Source of the DNA: Octopus vulgaris | Taxonomy: Eukaryota | Direction: 5' to 3' | Assembly (NCBI GenBank): GCA_951406725.2 | Contig: OX597832.1 | Coordinates: 39,184,001 to 39,248,000, forward strand | DNA length: 64,000 nucleotides | In this document: positions 40,012 to 54,753 of the stretch, piece by piece | How positions within the stretch are numbered: position 1 is the first letter of the stretch | Layout of the letters: every line of letters starts with the position of its first letter | Translations under genes and position numbers: made by a program | Notes under the pieces: model-generated | What the model saw: only the letters and a program-made list of their open reading frames with translations | Told to the model about the DNA's origin: nothing | Databases searched by the model: none

Positions 40012-41286
40012 TGAGGATGGGCTGAAAAGAAAATAGGCTGACTATGAAAGAGCAATGCTAGAGCATGTATTATTTCAACCCTTCTTTTTAGGAGCTGGGG
40101 GGGGGGTTTCCAAGTAGACTGATATTTGGTAGTTCAAAGAAGGCTTCAAAAGTAACTAGTATCGATTTCTCTTGAAAACAGACGAAATTTGTCAACTTGA
40201 TATTATAAAGAACCTTAAGACAAAGGGTTTAGCCCCTAAGGACATCCATGCTGTCATGGTTGCTATATTAGAGGATGATGCTTCAGCTTTATCAATAGTG
40301 CAAAAGTGAGTAGTTGAATTTAAGGTCTTGTTAGAATCTTGAAGATGACCCAAGGTTTGGACATCTTGCAACTGCCACCAACGAGGAAAACATTGATCCT
40401 GTTCACCACATAGTGATGATTGTCAGGCTATTGCCTATGAATCAAATAGCCATTTCTAAGAGCATATCGTGTGAGAGGATTGAGAATATTCTGCCGAATG
40501 GACTTGAAATTACTAAGGCTTCTATTCGGTGGGTGTCACGTCATCTGACACCCAATCAAAAGCGCACTGAGCTGATCATATCACAGGAAAACCTTACATT
40601 ATCTCAGCCAGATTCAGCTGGTTTCATAGAAAGTTTTCTCATCTAGGATCAGCGTTGGCTTCATCACTTTCATTCAAAGACAAAGAGAAGATCCATGCAG
40701 TGGAAATACATTCTCCTTACCTGCTCCAAAAAGGCCAAGGTCATATCATCTGCAGAGAAAGTGATGGCCTCAGATTTTTAGGATGTAAAGGACATTGTAT
40801 TTATTGATTATCTTCAAGAGGGCCAGATCATCATGTGGAGTACAATGCCAAGAGCTGCTGAGGCAATTGCGAAAAGCTATCAAGACCAAACTCCCAGGAA
40901 AACTGACGAAAAAGGTCCTGTTTCTTTTTACCAGGAGAATGCTCCACCACACAAGTCCTTGGTTTCAATACTCGCTGTGCGCGACTGTGGCTTTGAACCC
41001 TCCTATTTGCAGAGTTGGTCTCATCAGAATATCATATGTTTCCAAATATGAAAAGGACACTAGGCTGAGAAACAGAAGCATCGCAGTGATGATGGCGTCA
41101 TATCTGCACTTAAAGACTTTTTTGACCAAGATGTTAAAAGCCTCTTCACCAATGGGAACAACGCAGAGCAACACCGTTAGAAGGAGTCTATTAACCGAAG
41201 GTAGGACTATGCTGAAAAATAACTTCACCTGGTCACATTTGATGAGAGTGTTTTGGTAAGCCTATGAACTTCTCAGCCGACCCTTG
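40012..41286 (+). mobile_element. Full-length decayed mariner DNA transposon (~1.27 kb) with transposase pseudogene
   Basis: TIRs TGAGGATGGGCTGAAAAGAAAATAGGCT and AGCCTATGAACTTCTCAGCCGACCCTTG, with a 5' TA. Broken frames give KGLAPKDIHA, EDDPRFG, IRWVSRHLTPNQK (WVPxxL), F*DVKDIVFIDYLQ, LLRQLRKAIKTKLPGKL and QENAPPHKS (DNAxxH). Confidence 0.92.
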
Positions 41287-41429
41287 TGTGAACCATTGTG
41301 CAAAGTTGTGCGTACACTGCCTATATATATTTCTTGAAAGCTATACATATGGACGTGTGTATTTAAATGTCTTTACACATGTGTCCATGTGCATGATGAT
41401 ATATATTACCTATCTATAGATACATACAC

Positions 41430-41517
<88 letters not shown>

Positions 41518-41660
41518 GTATGTATGGGTCACATGGTGTATTTGTGTATTTCTACGTGTCTGTCTTTATGTCTATATATTACCAAATTTGTATGTCTATG
41601 CGTCATTGAGTAAGACTGTGAATAACAAGTATGAATAATGTGTGGGGAATCTACAGTTGC

Positions 41661-41754
41661 GTATGTGTCTCGTGTGTATGTGTCTCGTGTGTATGTGTCT
41701 CGTGTGTATGTGTCTCGTGTGTATGTGTCTCGTGTGTATGTGTCTCGTGTGTAT
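41661..41754. repeat. 15-bp minisatellite (GTATGTGTCTCGTGT) x6
   Basis: Seen directly. Confidence 0.97.
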
Positions 41755-41925
41755 ACGTTCTTCTATAACCCAGTGTTTGTATGTGTAAGAGTGTGAAAGT
41801 ATTTCTGTGTTTATCTTTATTATGGGAATGAATCATGTACAAGTTTGTGTATGTCCAGTGTATGTGTGTCAATGTGTCTATATAAATGTATGCATTTATG
41901 TAAGCAGGCATATATGTAGGTATGC

Positions 41926-41986
<61 letters not shown>

Positions 41987-43049
41987 AATATATATATATA
42001 TACATATATATATATGTATATATAGGTATATATGTATATTTATATATATTTGTTTAAATGTTTGAATGTTTGTAGGTATATATGTGTATACGTTTATATG
42101 TAGGTTTTCACGCTATGTGTGTGTATGTGTGTATATATATATATATGTCTTTATGTATATATGCTGCTATACATATATGCATATATATGTGTGTATAAAT
42201 GTATGTATATATGTGTATGTTTATATACATATATGCTTATATGCATATCTTTGAACGTATGTATGTATACATACAAATAAGTTTGTATGTGTATAAATGT
42301 ATATTTGCTCGCATGCAGGTGTGTATATAAACCATATGTATATGTATGCCTGTATGTATGCATATATGCATTTATATGTCTGCTCGTACGTGTGTGTTTA
42401 TATTCATTTGTGTATGGCCAACGATGGCGATTCCTTTTCTTCGTTTATTCGCCTCGCTATTTTCCACACAATTAACCCTGCAATAAACCCCCTTCACTCT
42501 CATTCAGCCAGAATCATGTGGAGTTGAGATCTTCACAAAAATACATTACAAAATAATTTTATATCAATTTTTTTATTAAGATTGATAGATGATAACGCAT
42601 ATGTTATATTTTTCGCGTATGTTGTTGTTGTTCGTATTTGATTGTTTGTTATTGTTGTTGTTGTTTTTTTTATATTTTAGGGGAAATAAAATATTTAAAA
42701 AAAATCGATCTATCTTTATTGGGTTTATTTATTTCTTTGTTTGTTTATTTGGTAATGGAGTAGAAAATAAGGGAATTTTATTTTACGTCTGTCTCTTCCT
42801 GACGAGGAACACATATATGCACAAGTACATACACAAACACATACAGATACACACACGTAATTACTATCGCACACATGTATACATATACATACATATACAT
42901 AGAGAAAGAGAGAGACCGTGTGAGACAGAGGAAGATAGACAGAGACAGGGAGACAGGGGGAGTGAGAGAGAGTAAGCGAACATATAAAACGTACACTCAC
43001 GTGCGTACACAAACACACAAATATACCTTTGTATTAGTGTATGGATGTG

Positions 43050-43110
<61 letters not shown>

Positions 43111-43301
43111 GTGTGTGTGTGTATGCACACATATATACGCACTGATAGATAGATAGACAGATATATAGATACATACATACATACATAACGAAGCGTTGAG
43201 TTCCCTCTTATAATAAGTATTTTTGTTTTATGTACGTCGTTGATGGTGGCATAAACTGGATATATTATAGACAAATTATGTTATTTATCGCACAACACAC
43301 A

Positions 43302-43343
<42 letters not shown>

Positions 43344-43747
43344 TATATATATATATATATATATATAATCAGCCGGGTTATATTCCAATTAATTCGCTTC
43401 CTAAGGAATGGTTGGCCGCCTCTAAAACGTCTACGTTACGCACAGCATATCTCGTTTGTCTAATAATAAATAATGCATACAACGTTATACATTCGCTCAC
43501 GACTAGTAACAAACAGTAACATCAGCAGTGCAATAAATAATAAAAAAAAAACAATATCTATCAATACATGACATTTTTATATTGGAAGAAATCGGCTCGG
43601 TCCACAGCTGGAAAGAGATGGGCTTTATCAGATTTGATATGACAAAATCACCCCCATGTCACAATAGCAGACTGGAGTATCAGGACCTCCACTATCACCA
43701 CCATCCCCAACAAACTGACACAATACATACATACATACATACATACA

Positions 43748-43841
<94 letters not shown>

Positions 43842-43916
43842 GGGAATAAATCCAAACTTACAGGGTAAAAATTAGATTTAGGATTAAATCCAATTTTATA
43901 TTATAAATATATTATA

Positions 43917-44140
43917 TTATATTAAATTAGAGATAAAACCACTATTAGGCAAATCAAACAGTGAAAAACATAAGCCAATACATAAAATTAATTTAAAAAT
44001 ATAAAAGTTAAAAATTAAAAAATTATTTAAATAATTTTTTAATTTTTAACTTTTATATTTTAAAATTTATTTTATGTATTGGCTTACGTTTTTCACTGTT
44101 TGATTTGCCTAATAGTGGTTTTATCTCTAATTTAATATAT
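43917..44140. repeat. Spacer-less palindrome, ~110-bp arms, within a (TA)n-bounded cassette (43835-44140)
   Basis: 43921-44028 is the reverse complement of 44029-44136 with about 3 mismatches; centre AATTATTT|AAATAATT. Confidence 0.95.
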
Positions 44141-44143
44141 ATG

Positions 44144-44739
<596 letters not shown>

Positions 44740-44742
<3 letters not shown>

Positions 44743-44916
44743 TTGAAGTGACAGAGAGTTTCACAGATGAGGTCGGAAAATGTGTTACGAGAGACTTTGT
44801 CAGACGTATTAACTAAAAACAATACGAACTAAAGTGAAGATCAAATAAATGGAGCTTTTGTTTGATTGGTAAAAAAATATTTAAAAAACCAGTAACCATC
44901 CCCAAGTATAATAACA
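44740..44916 (+). mobile_element. Diverged (TA)n-tailed repeat related to 5530-5700
   Basis: 3' end TTGATTGGT...ACCATCCCCAAGTATAATAACATATA vs TTTATTGGC...ACCATTCCGAAATATAGTAACATATA; CAGATGAGGTC remnant at 44764. Confidence 0.45.
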
Positions 44917-44931
44917 TATATGTTTATGTGC

Positions 44932-44996
<65 letters not shown>

Positions 44997-45704
44997 TATA
45001 TGCTACTACTTGTATGCACACGTACACACACATACATATATATATATATACGGACGTGCATGAATATATTTATAACAGCATATCCACACCTATACCTGTT
45101 CAAGTATGAATTTGTGAATGGACAAATAGCTTAGTGAGTTCGTGTAATGACTTGTACTTGGGAATTTAATAATAATGTTTTTTAAATTTCTTCTTTGTTT
45201 TAATTAATTATCACCTAATGGAATTGAATGCATCGCATTTACTAATTAAACAATAGTCGCAATTAAATATAATTCAATTATCGACCAAGTCAGTGTCTTC
45301 GTGTGGAATTCCTTTAATACATCACATTTTCAGGGGAGATTTTTTTTTCGTGTTTTTTTCTCTTTCGTATTTCATGGTTATTTTGTCTCTGCGTTCTGCG
45401 TTCAGATGCTGTGTTTGACGGCTTTACATTCGCTTTTCACGGTTCGATCCAATCACTTTTGCTTATTCCTCACTCAAAATATCCGGCTGGTTTTGTGCCT
45501 AAGTTAGCAATAACAATGGCGATAGTTTGGCTGAATCGTTAGAGCGTCGAGCACTCTGCATTGTGATGTTTTTAATTACGTCGTTTCAAGATCTGAGTTC
45601 GAAGTTCACCATTTTCGGCTCCGCTTTTCATCCTTTTGGAGTCAATAAAGTAAATAAAGTCAATAAAGTCATTTATGCATGTATTAACGCTATACGAAGG
45701 TATT

Positions 45705-45928
45705 TTATTTTTCTTTACTCGTTTCAGTCATTGGCCTACGGTCATGCTGGGGCACCGCCTTGCAGGGCTTTAGTCGAGGCAGATCAACCCCAATATTATT
45801 TTTTTTTAAGCTGACGGTTATTTTATCGGGTTCTTTATCTAACTGCTATATTACAGGGACACATGCAAACCAACACCGGTTGTCAAGCGGGACTTGGACA
45901 AATGCAGACACAAATACAACACACACAC

Positions 45929-45930
<2 letters not shown>
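45705..45930 (-). mobile_element. SINE family B 3' half (preceded by an old SINE A at 45515-45670)
   Basis: GTTTCAGTCATTGGCCTACGGTCATGCTGGGGCACCGCC...CCAACACCGGTTGTCAAGCG. Confidence 0.75.
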
Positions 45931-45995
<65 letters not shown>

Positions 45996-46001
<6 letters not shown>

Positions 46002-46225
46002 TAATAAGTAGGTATAAAAACATGAACAAAATAAATAAAAACAAATTAAACGAACGTGTATAAACAGGGGGTACAGATAATACAGGCACTTCTCCCCCCC
46101 CCCCAACTAAACATACAGACACATAGGGGTATACGCTTGCGCAAATAAAGACACATACAATAGAATACAAATACAAAATGGCTGACACACAAATAAGAAA
46201 GAAGAAAGCAAAGGACCACTGATGA
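45996..46225 (+). mobile_element. Second copy of the 5300-5700 repeat, truncated at GGACCA-CTGATGA
   Basis: Shares GACA(CA)TACAATAGAA..ATACAAAATGGCTGAC and CACAAATAAGAAAGAAGAAA.CAAAGGACCACTGATG with 5464-5546. Confidence 0.8.
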
Positions 46226-46499
46226 TACATATATGTATGAAGGAAAGAGACATGTACAACAGGTAGAGTCTTGCACTCGTATATATACAATTATTCGTAC
46301 ACATACATATATGCACGCACATACACATTAGGTATATACTATACGCGTATAAATTACACAATTATAAAGGGTGAAAAATAATATACAGAAAAATATATAT
46401 AGCAATAAAATATATATAAGAAATATATAAGAGATGTTAAGACATATGAAAGGCTTGTTCGTGTACATAATATAAAAAGCAGGTTCTATCTGAGATCTG

Positions 46500-46962
46500 G
46501 GGTGGGGAGTCCAAAAACGTAGCAAATGTTTTACCAAATGTGGACATGAGCAAAAAGTTCAGTTCTTGAATTTAGACTTGTAGCGGGGTCTAAAGAACTT
46601 TTCCAGATGAGCCATTTTTCCATATCGCAAAGACCACACTTTCCACTGCCATTGGCGTAAGGCTTACACTTTACCAGGATCTTCCAGTGAGTCATATAGC
46701 TGACACCTTTTTCCTTTAAGGACCATACATAAGTGGATAATTTGGTTGTTTTCCTTTTATCTCAGTGTCTCAAGCTTCAGGTGTGATTGTTGAACCTGGC
46801 TTTTAAATTTCCCTCTGCGAGAGCCACACATTTCTGTGGCGAAGCTATGTACTTAGTGGTTGTAGAGTCTACAGTGGCTTCATAATTGATGGCCTCGGTC
46901 ATACAAGCTCCATTTAGCGGGCACAAATTTTTAACTCTGCAGGAACTGCCGGCTTCATTTTG
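46500..46962 (-). pseudogene. Penelope-like element C-terminal GIY-YIG endonuclease remnant (Naiad-like)
   Basis: Hand translation: SSCRVKNLCPLNGACMTEAINYEATV...KCVALAEGNLKARFNNHT*SLRH*DKRKTTKLSTYVWSLKEKGVSYMTHWKILVKCKPYANGSGKCGLCDMEKWLI...LNSRTELF. This matches the CxC..CPLxGxC / VYxA / YIG / RxxNH / CxLCxxEK / LNxRxE pattern. Two stops and a frameshift; not in the ORF track. Confidence 0.85.
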
Positions 46963-47015
46963 TTGTTTGTGTGTGTGTCCCTAAAACAACATTTTGTTGT
47001 TTTTGTGTGTCCCAC

Positions 47016-47092
<77 letters not shown>

Positions 47093-47684
47093 ATATATAT
47101 ATAATATATATACAATACATGATATATATATATAATATATAATATATTATATATGTGTATATATATATATATATTATTGTGAGCTAATGTGTGTTGATGA
47201 GCGATGTTTTTTGTTGTGTATAGGTGTTTGGAAATGTGATGATAGACCATAACGCTGAATAAACTTGAATACGAGGATTTAATTCTTACATATTTGAATA
47301 CTTATAAATATATTCGGTGCGTTTACATAATTTTCTGGGATAATAGTCTATAAAAATATAAAAAGACAATAAAATCAGGCGATTTCTGTATAAAATTGCA
47401 ATATTCAAATTCAAAAATATTTGCATTGTGTATAGAATGTATAAAAACCGTGTATATATAATGTGTAGTGATATACGTTTTAGTAGGCGTTGGTATTTGT
47501 ATACTGGTGCTTGTATTTAAAGTTTAAAAGCTGTCTATAAACTCATGTGTGTGTTTATTAGTATTTATGCCTCTCTCTCTCTCTCTCTCTCTCTCTCCTT
47601 TTCTCTAATCGGTCATGTATGTTTATATGCATATGTGTATACTATTACATCTATGTGTGTATGTATGTGTGTATATGTGTGTAT

Positions 47685-47969
47685 ACATACATACATACTT
47701 ACATACATGCATACATACATACACACATGCTTACATACATACATACACACATACTTACATACTTACATACATACATACATACTTACATACATACATACAC
47801 ACATACTTACATACATACTTACATACATACATATATACATACACACATGCATATATACATACACACACACATATATACATACACACATACATACATACAT
47901 ACACACACATACACACATACATACATACATACATACATACATACATACATACATACATACATACATACA

Positions 47970-48000
<31 letters not shown>
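47685..48000. repeat. Imperfect (ACAT)n microsatellite
   Basis: Seen directly. Confidence 0.97.
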
Positions 48001-48143
48001 CTAAGTATATGTATGCATAATGATCCTCATAAATATATTTATATAATTTTTGCGTGTGCATATGAATACCTTCTCTGATAAGCAAACATCATGAATAGAC
48101 ACACAAACCGCACGCACACTCGCAAACTCACCACACACATATA

Positions 48144-48189
<46 letters not shown>

Positions 48190-48477
48190 TATACACACAT
48201 ATATGTGTATGTATATGAGTATGTACACATACAGGCATATGTACGTGCTTATATACCTTGTTGGGTGTGCGCGTGTGCATATATTAATACATAAATATGT
48301 GTGATGTGGGAAATAAGGTAACGGCGATGGGCTTACTATCGTAACATCGTAGGTTCAATTCCGAGAATGGAGTCTCCAGCTGTTACATTGAGCAAGGCAC
48401 TTCATGCTGCTCCAATCATTTTAGTTGAAATGAGAAGCAAACAATTTTTTTACTCGGGCCAGCGCTATCTCTGTTTT

Positions 48478-48662
48478 AGGCACAGGAATGGCTGTGTGGT
48501 AAGTAGCTTGCTTACCAACCACATGACTCTGGGTTCAGTTTCTCTGCGTGGTACCTTGGGCAAGTGTCTTCTTCTATAGCATCAGGCCGACCAAAGCCTT
48601 GTGAGTGGATTTGGTAGACGGAAACTGAAAGAAGCCCGTCGTATATATGTGTGTATGTGTTT

Positions 48663-48729
<67 letters not shown>

Positions 48730-48940
48730 TCCCCACCCCGGCCAACATCGTTTGACAACCGATGTTGGTGTGTTCACGTCCACGTAACTTAGCAGATCAG
48801 CAAAAGTGACCGATAGAATAAGCACTAGGCTTACAAAGAGTAAGTCCTGGGGTCGATTTGTTCGACTATAGGTTGTGCTTCAGCATGGCCGCAGTCAACT
48901 GACTGAAACAAGTAAAAGAAAAAGAAAATAAAGAAAGAAG
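48478..48940 (+). mobile_element. Full-length SINE family B with long internal (TG)n
   Basis: AGGCACAGGAATGGCTGTGTGGTAAG...GACTGAAACAAGTAAAAG. Confidence 0.9.
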
Positions 48941-49877
48941 AAGCAAACAGGTGCTGGTGCAGCCCTCCCAGCCCCTAGCTCTCAATCACAAGATCTCCTC
49001 ATGAGTTAAGGACGGGGTGCCTGACAAGGTTTATATGTTTGCCTGCTATTACACAGGCATTAAAACAATTTGCGAAAGCATGGTACCTGCCAACAGATCA
49101 TACTCGCCTGCAAGTGACGGCTACATTTATTTTATACATGCGCAAAAACGTACATCCATATATGTACGTATGAATATATATATACACACACACATAAATA
49201 TATTTGTATATATAAATATATATAAAGCAAGTAAGAGATACGCGCATCTAGATATGCCTATATTTATTGATAAATACGAATATATACATGCATGCACTCA
49301 CATATCCATACACGCGCATAAATACACGCACATGCGCACAAACACACACACACACATGAAGCATTACTATTCATTTCGCCATGTTGCATTGATGTCATCC
49401 TGCTCTATTTAATATTAATATTGCTTTAAATATGTAAATTTAAAACAAAAATCTATTAGCGATACATACCAAACGTATCACTAACTACTCATTATCGATT
49501 AAATACTGTTGTTTATTTACTTTCACTCGACTGGCAAAACAATCACCCATGTGATTAATTCGTTTGCTTTAAGGTGTGTTCCACAATTTGTCTCATAGAC
49601 TTATTTTTAAATCGACAGCATCCATTAGCTTGAACGAATTACGCAGTAAATTTTCGTCGAAACTAGAGAGAAAGCCACATCTGGTTTCAGAAATATAAAA
49701 GTTTGAATGGATCATAGAAGGAAATATTGAGCGAAAGAGATATTGTGAATGAAGTTCATTCACGTATGTATTGGTTAGAAGGTGACTTGAGTAAGGATTA
49801 CCTAAGGTGCATATGAACACTATTTCAAATTATGTTTTTCTTGATAATTCCTCGGTCCCTTTTTCTTGTTTCGTAAT

Positions 49878-50249
49878 GGAAGCACTCCGTCGGTTACGAC
49901 GACGTGGGTTCCGGTTGATCCGAATCAACGGAACAGCCTGCTCGTGAAATTAACGTGTAAGTAGCTGAGCACTCTACAGACACGTGTACCCCTAACGTAG
50001 TTCTCGGGGATATTCAGCGTGACACAGAGAGTGACAAGGCCGGCCCTTTGAAATACAGGTACAACTGAAACAGGAAGAAAGAGTGAGAGAAAGTTGTGGC
50101 AAAAGAGTACAGCAGGGATCACCACCATCCCCTGCCGGAGCCTCGTGGAGCTTTTAGGTGTTTTCACTCAATAAACACTCACAACGCCCGGTCTGGGAAT
50201 CGAAACCGCGAGTCCGCTGCCCTAACCACTGGGCCATTGCACCTCCACA
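49878..50249 (-). mobile_element. Full-length SINE family C with 11-bp TSD
   Basis: TGTTTCGTAAT at 49867-49877 and 50250-50260; near-identical to 23497-23880. Confidence 0.93.
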
Positions 50250-51880
50250 TGTTTCGTAATATTACATTACCCGTCTCAGTCTTATCACTAGCATTTCACC
50301 GTTTATAAGTAGAATAACCATTCTTTCCATGCTACGATAGGATCGGGCGACCTGTTTGGACTAAATGCCTTTCAGTATTTATTATAGGACTTGACATTCT
50401 AATTTCAAATCCCGCTGAGTTTAGTTTGGCGTTTTATCCTTTTACAACTGATATTATGAAGTACCAGTCAAGTATTAGGATTCATGTAATCCACAAAGCC
50501 CTACCTCGCAAAATTGCTGTCCTTATGCGTAAATTAAAGACAAGTATTACTGTTCTGAGCTCACGCTTTTTATGAGTTATATATGATTTAGGAAACGCAT
50601 ATGATTGTTTTCTTAAGAATTAGACGTTATACTTTCAGTGTGATACCGTTGGAACTTATGAAAAAGATGGGAGAGAGTTTATATTAAAATTTTTATCAGT
50701 CTAGAGGGAAACGGTCGTTTTTAACACTTTCTGTTCTACACATTTCGCTAAGTCACAATTCAACATGGCTTCTTGCATTGGAATAGCTGGCAGAGAAGTT
50801 CGCAACAGTAGTGGTAACACGCAATATAAACAAACACACCCCGAGTTAAAGGAAAATTAGACCACAATGGTAGAGTTGTTTGAATTTCTCCAAAAGATCG
50901 GACATCAAATGGCTTGTCAAAAGAGAAAGACTCTAAGATTTATATTCATTCCTTTCAAGTTTAAACTAATCAAAATGTGCTGATATAAAGACATCTGACA
51001 ACGTATGATGTAAAAGGGAATATATAAAATAAATTACATATAACTTTCTTATCTGCAAACTTTATATCTGCCCATTTCGCTTATCCGTTTGATATGTAAA
51101 CATATATCTTCCGTTCAGTTTTTAGATTCCCAAACTGAAATTCAAATTTTAAGACACAAGCACATACATGCATATGTATATATATCATATACATACATAC
51201 ATACAGCATATATATATATATATATATATACATACATACATATATCATATATATATATATATATACATACATATATCATATATATATGTATATATATACA
51301 TTATATCATATATATATATACATATATACTTCAAAAAGACAAATATGCATCAATTTACGTAAGCACACTTTCACACACACACACACTCTCTCACTTTCTT
51401 TGTCTCTCTTTCTTCTTCTCTCACACATATACACACACACATACAAATACAGACACACGTACACACACACACACACACTCACACAGAGGCACACTCTTCT
51501 GCTAAAGTGTAATGGCAGGAGGAAAGGAAACAGAAGGGTGAGAAGTAGATTTAGAGAGGAAGAGGAATGAGAAAAAAAAAGAGAGAAAACAACGAAAAAG
51601 AAAGGCGGAGAAAGATCGGCAAATGATGAAAGGAAGAGGAAATATATGCATACGTATTCACACAGATGCGCGCGCACACGTTTAAACACGGATACACGTG
51701 AGTACATTCACACATGCCGAAAGTTGAAAATTTAGAAATGAAGAGAAATATTGCATGCCAGAAACGTTTAGAGATTTTTATACGTTTATTATTTATTTAT
51801 TTATTTATTTATTTTCTCTACTGCACTAAAGCAAAAATTATATATGTATATATGTGTGTGTGTGTGTGTGTGTTTGTGTA

Positions 51881-52362
51881 GAAAATCTACCTATGCTAAC
51901 TATGGATACAAAAATGTGAAACATTCTAAAAACACATAAATTCATCAAATGCAGAAAGCAACACGAATCGCTGAAAAGACTTCTGACAAATGCTAAGCTT
52001 TACACAACAACCACGAAACCAATGGGTAAAAAATGCGGACGCCCAAACCGTGGAACATGCCCCAACCTGCTGGAAGGCTCGAAATTCCTATTCAAACAAG
52101 GAGAAAGGATCACAATTAAAGCCAACTTCAGTTGTGCTTCCGATAATCCAATTTCTTTTAACTTGTTCAGGTAGTGGACATAATTGTATAGGACGGACAA
52201 GTATGGTACTTAGACGGAGAACCACACTACATAAGGAACAGATCTGTTTTCCACATTAAAGACAGTAGAATCCAACCAAACTTCACATTATTCCCTATAT
52301 GATAAATAATTGAACAATTATTTATCAAAACATACAGAAAATGCCTAAATATGAACGCATAA
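51881..52362 (+). pseudogene. Penelope-like element linker + GIY-YIG endonuclease remnant (Neptune-like)
   Basis: Hand translation: ENLPMLTMDTKM*NILKTHKFIKCRKQHESLKRLLTNAKL...KKCGRPNRGTCPNLLEGSKFLFKQGERITIKANFSCASDNPI/LTCSGSGHNCIGRTSMVLRRRTTLHKEQI...EQLFIKTYRKCLN. This shows a Cys-rich linker, CxSxNxIY..CxxC..YIGxT..LRxR..H and a terminal E..FI..LN. Flanked by microsatellites. Confidence 0.85.
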
Positions 52363-52633
52363 TTAACTTCGGACTCAGTATGTATTTTAATTTGTGTTCA
52401 TATACCCATCACTGTAAACATTTCATCTCACTACTTTAGCTTTTGAGTTGTTGTATATTTATTTAACACCTCCAAAAATTGAGCAACTACCTCCCTGTCA
52501 CGAATAATAACGATAACCAATTACCTTCCCGTAGATTTTCTGCTTCTTGATCCATTCACAAACTCCCATTACCGACATGGAATAACATCTATATGTATAT
52601 ATATATATGTGTATATATATGTGTGTGTACGTT

Positions 52634-52727
<94 letters not shown>

Positions 52728-53146
52728 ATATATGTATATATATACATACATATATGTTTGTGTGTATGTATATATATATATATATATGCATGCATACATA
52801 CACGCACACGCACTCACGCATACACACGCACACACACATATATAGGTGGGGGGTCTTAAGTTTTAATAGGGTTGTAAGTTACTGAGGCAATGTCGTTACA
52901 TTCGGCGTGCTTTGAGTATATAAAAATTTGCCGAAATCACTCCTCTCTAGATTCTGAACCCATAGGTTTCTTCCAGAGACAAGAAGGGTGATAGAAAGTA
53001 AAAATGCAAATAAGGGAGAAGAATCAGCCTGAGTATTTAATTAAGACTGTGTATTTGCACCAAAAGGATGAATGGCGACGTTAATCTTGGTGGAGTTTTG
53101 AACTTAGTAAGCCGGAATGAACACAAGATACTCTCTCCAACATTCA

Positions 53147-53323
53147 AATAAAGAAACAGGTATTTCGTCTGTCTTTACGTTCTGAGTTCAAATTCCGCCG
53201 TGGTCGACTTTGCCTTTCCATCTTTCGGGCTCGATAAACTAATTACCAATTGCGTGCTGGGGTCGATCTAATCGTCTGGCCTCTTCCCCAAAAATTCTAA
53301 TCTAATCGTCTGGCCTCTTCCCC

Positions 53324-53325
<2 letters not shown>
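53147..53325 (+). mobile_element. SINE family A unit starting at the tail|body junction, with a 24-bp local duplication
   Basis: AATAAAGAAACA|GGTATTTCGTCTG...GAGTTCAAATTCCGCC; TCTAATCGTCTGGCCTCTTCCCCA occurs twice. Confidence 0.8.
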
Positions 53326-53354
<29 letters not shown>

Positions 53355-53722
53355 TATCCGTTGTGAATACCTTAAAAGGTAACATAGCTTAGGAAAAGAA
53401 TAAAATATAAATTATGATATTCGTATGATTGATTAAATATTGACACAAGATTTCACTGAACATGAACTGTAAAGGAGAGAGCAATGACCTGAGAATATAT
53501 TTCTTTGATCGTAATACTCAAACATCCTCGTCTTCAACCGTCTGTTCAGATAAATTAACATAAATTTTATTGTGTTTATTCTGCGTGTTTTATGTAACTA
53601 CTTTGGAAATTTAATCAGAAAATCAGTTTAAAACAAACGGTTCTGACCAAACCAGTGAAGGAGACCTCTACACGGCCGTTCCACTTGGTAGAAATAATAA
53701 CCACTTTTCATTATATGTAACA

Positions 53723-54082
53723 GTGGAGGCGCAATGGCCCAGTGGTTAGGGCAGCGGACTCGCGGTCATAGGATCGCGGTTTCGATTCCCAGACCGGGCG
53801 TTGTGAGTGTTTATTGAGCGAAAACACCTAAAGCTCCACGAGGCTCCGGCAGGGGATGGTGGTGATCCCTGCTGTACTCTTTCACCACAACTTTCCCTCA
53901 CTCTTACTTCCTGTTTCTGTTGTACCTGTATTTCAAGGGGCCGGCCTTGTCACGCTGAATATCCCCGAGAACTACGTTAAGGGTACACGTGTCTGTGGAG
54001 TACACGTTAATTTCACGAGCAGGCTGTTCTGTTGATTCGGATCAACCGGAACCCTCGTCGTCATAACCGACGGAGTGCTTCC
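53723..54082 (+). mobile_element. Full-length SINE family C with 10-bp TSD
   Basis: ATATGTAACA at 53713-53722 and 54083-54092; two small internal deletions relative to the other copies. Confidence 0.93.
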
Positions 54083-54305
54083 ATATGTAACACCGGTTGT
54101 CGTAAAATAAAAAAAGCATGCAGTACTATCGAAGTCATGAATATACACGAAACAAGATATACAGTCCTTAAATGTCGCCTTTGGTAATACAACTGTTCTG
54201 GGGTTACAGAACAGAAATGCTGTTGCCATAGACTTATTGGATTTCAAATTGTATTTCAAATTGAAATTGTACAAGAACCCCTTTAATAGTAAGTGTATGA
54301 TGTAT

Positions 54306-54515
54306 CTCTCTTTTACTCTTTTCTCTTTCACTTGTTTCAGTCATTTGACTGCGGCCATGCTGGAGCACCGCCTTTAGTCGAGCAAATCGACCCCGGGACT
54401 TATTCTTTGTAAGCCCACTACTTATTCTATCGGTCTCTTTTGCCGCTAAGTGACGGGGACGTAAACACACCAATACCGGTTGTCAAGCAATGCTAGGGGG
54501 ACAAACACAGACACA

Positions 54516-54591
<76 letters not shown>

Positions 54592-54753
54592 ACAGGCTTC
54601 TTTCAGTTTCCGTCTACCAAATCCACTCACAAGGCATTGGTCGGCCCGGGGCTATAGCAGAAGACACTTGCCCAAGATGCCACGCTGTGGGACTGAACCC
54701 ATAACCATGTGGTTGGTTAGAAAGCTACTTACTACACAGCCACTCCTGCGCCT
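54306..54753 (-). mobile_element. Full-length young SINE family B
   Basis: Reverse complement of 30634-31050. Confidence 0.93.

Noticed and set aside
46762-46779. Two in-frame TGA codons in the Naiad-like endonuclease, considered as selenocysteine recoding (reported for some Naiad PLEs)
   Set aside because: They fall at basic or variable positions (HT*SLRH*DK), not at conserved Cys sites, and fit CGA>TGA decay. The copy is also frameshifted and I saw no SECIS.
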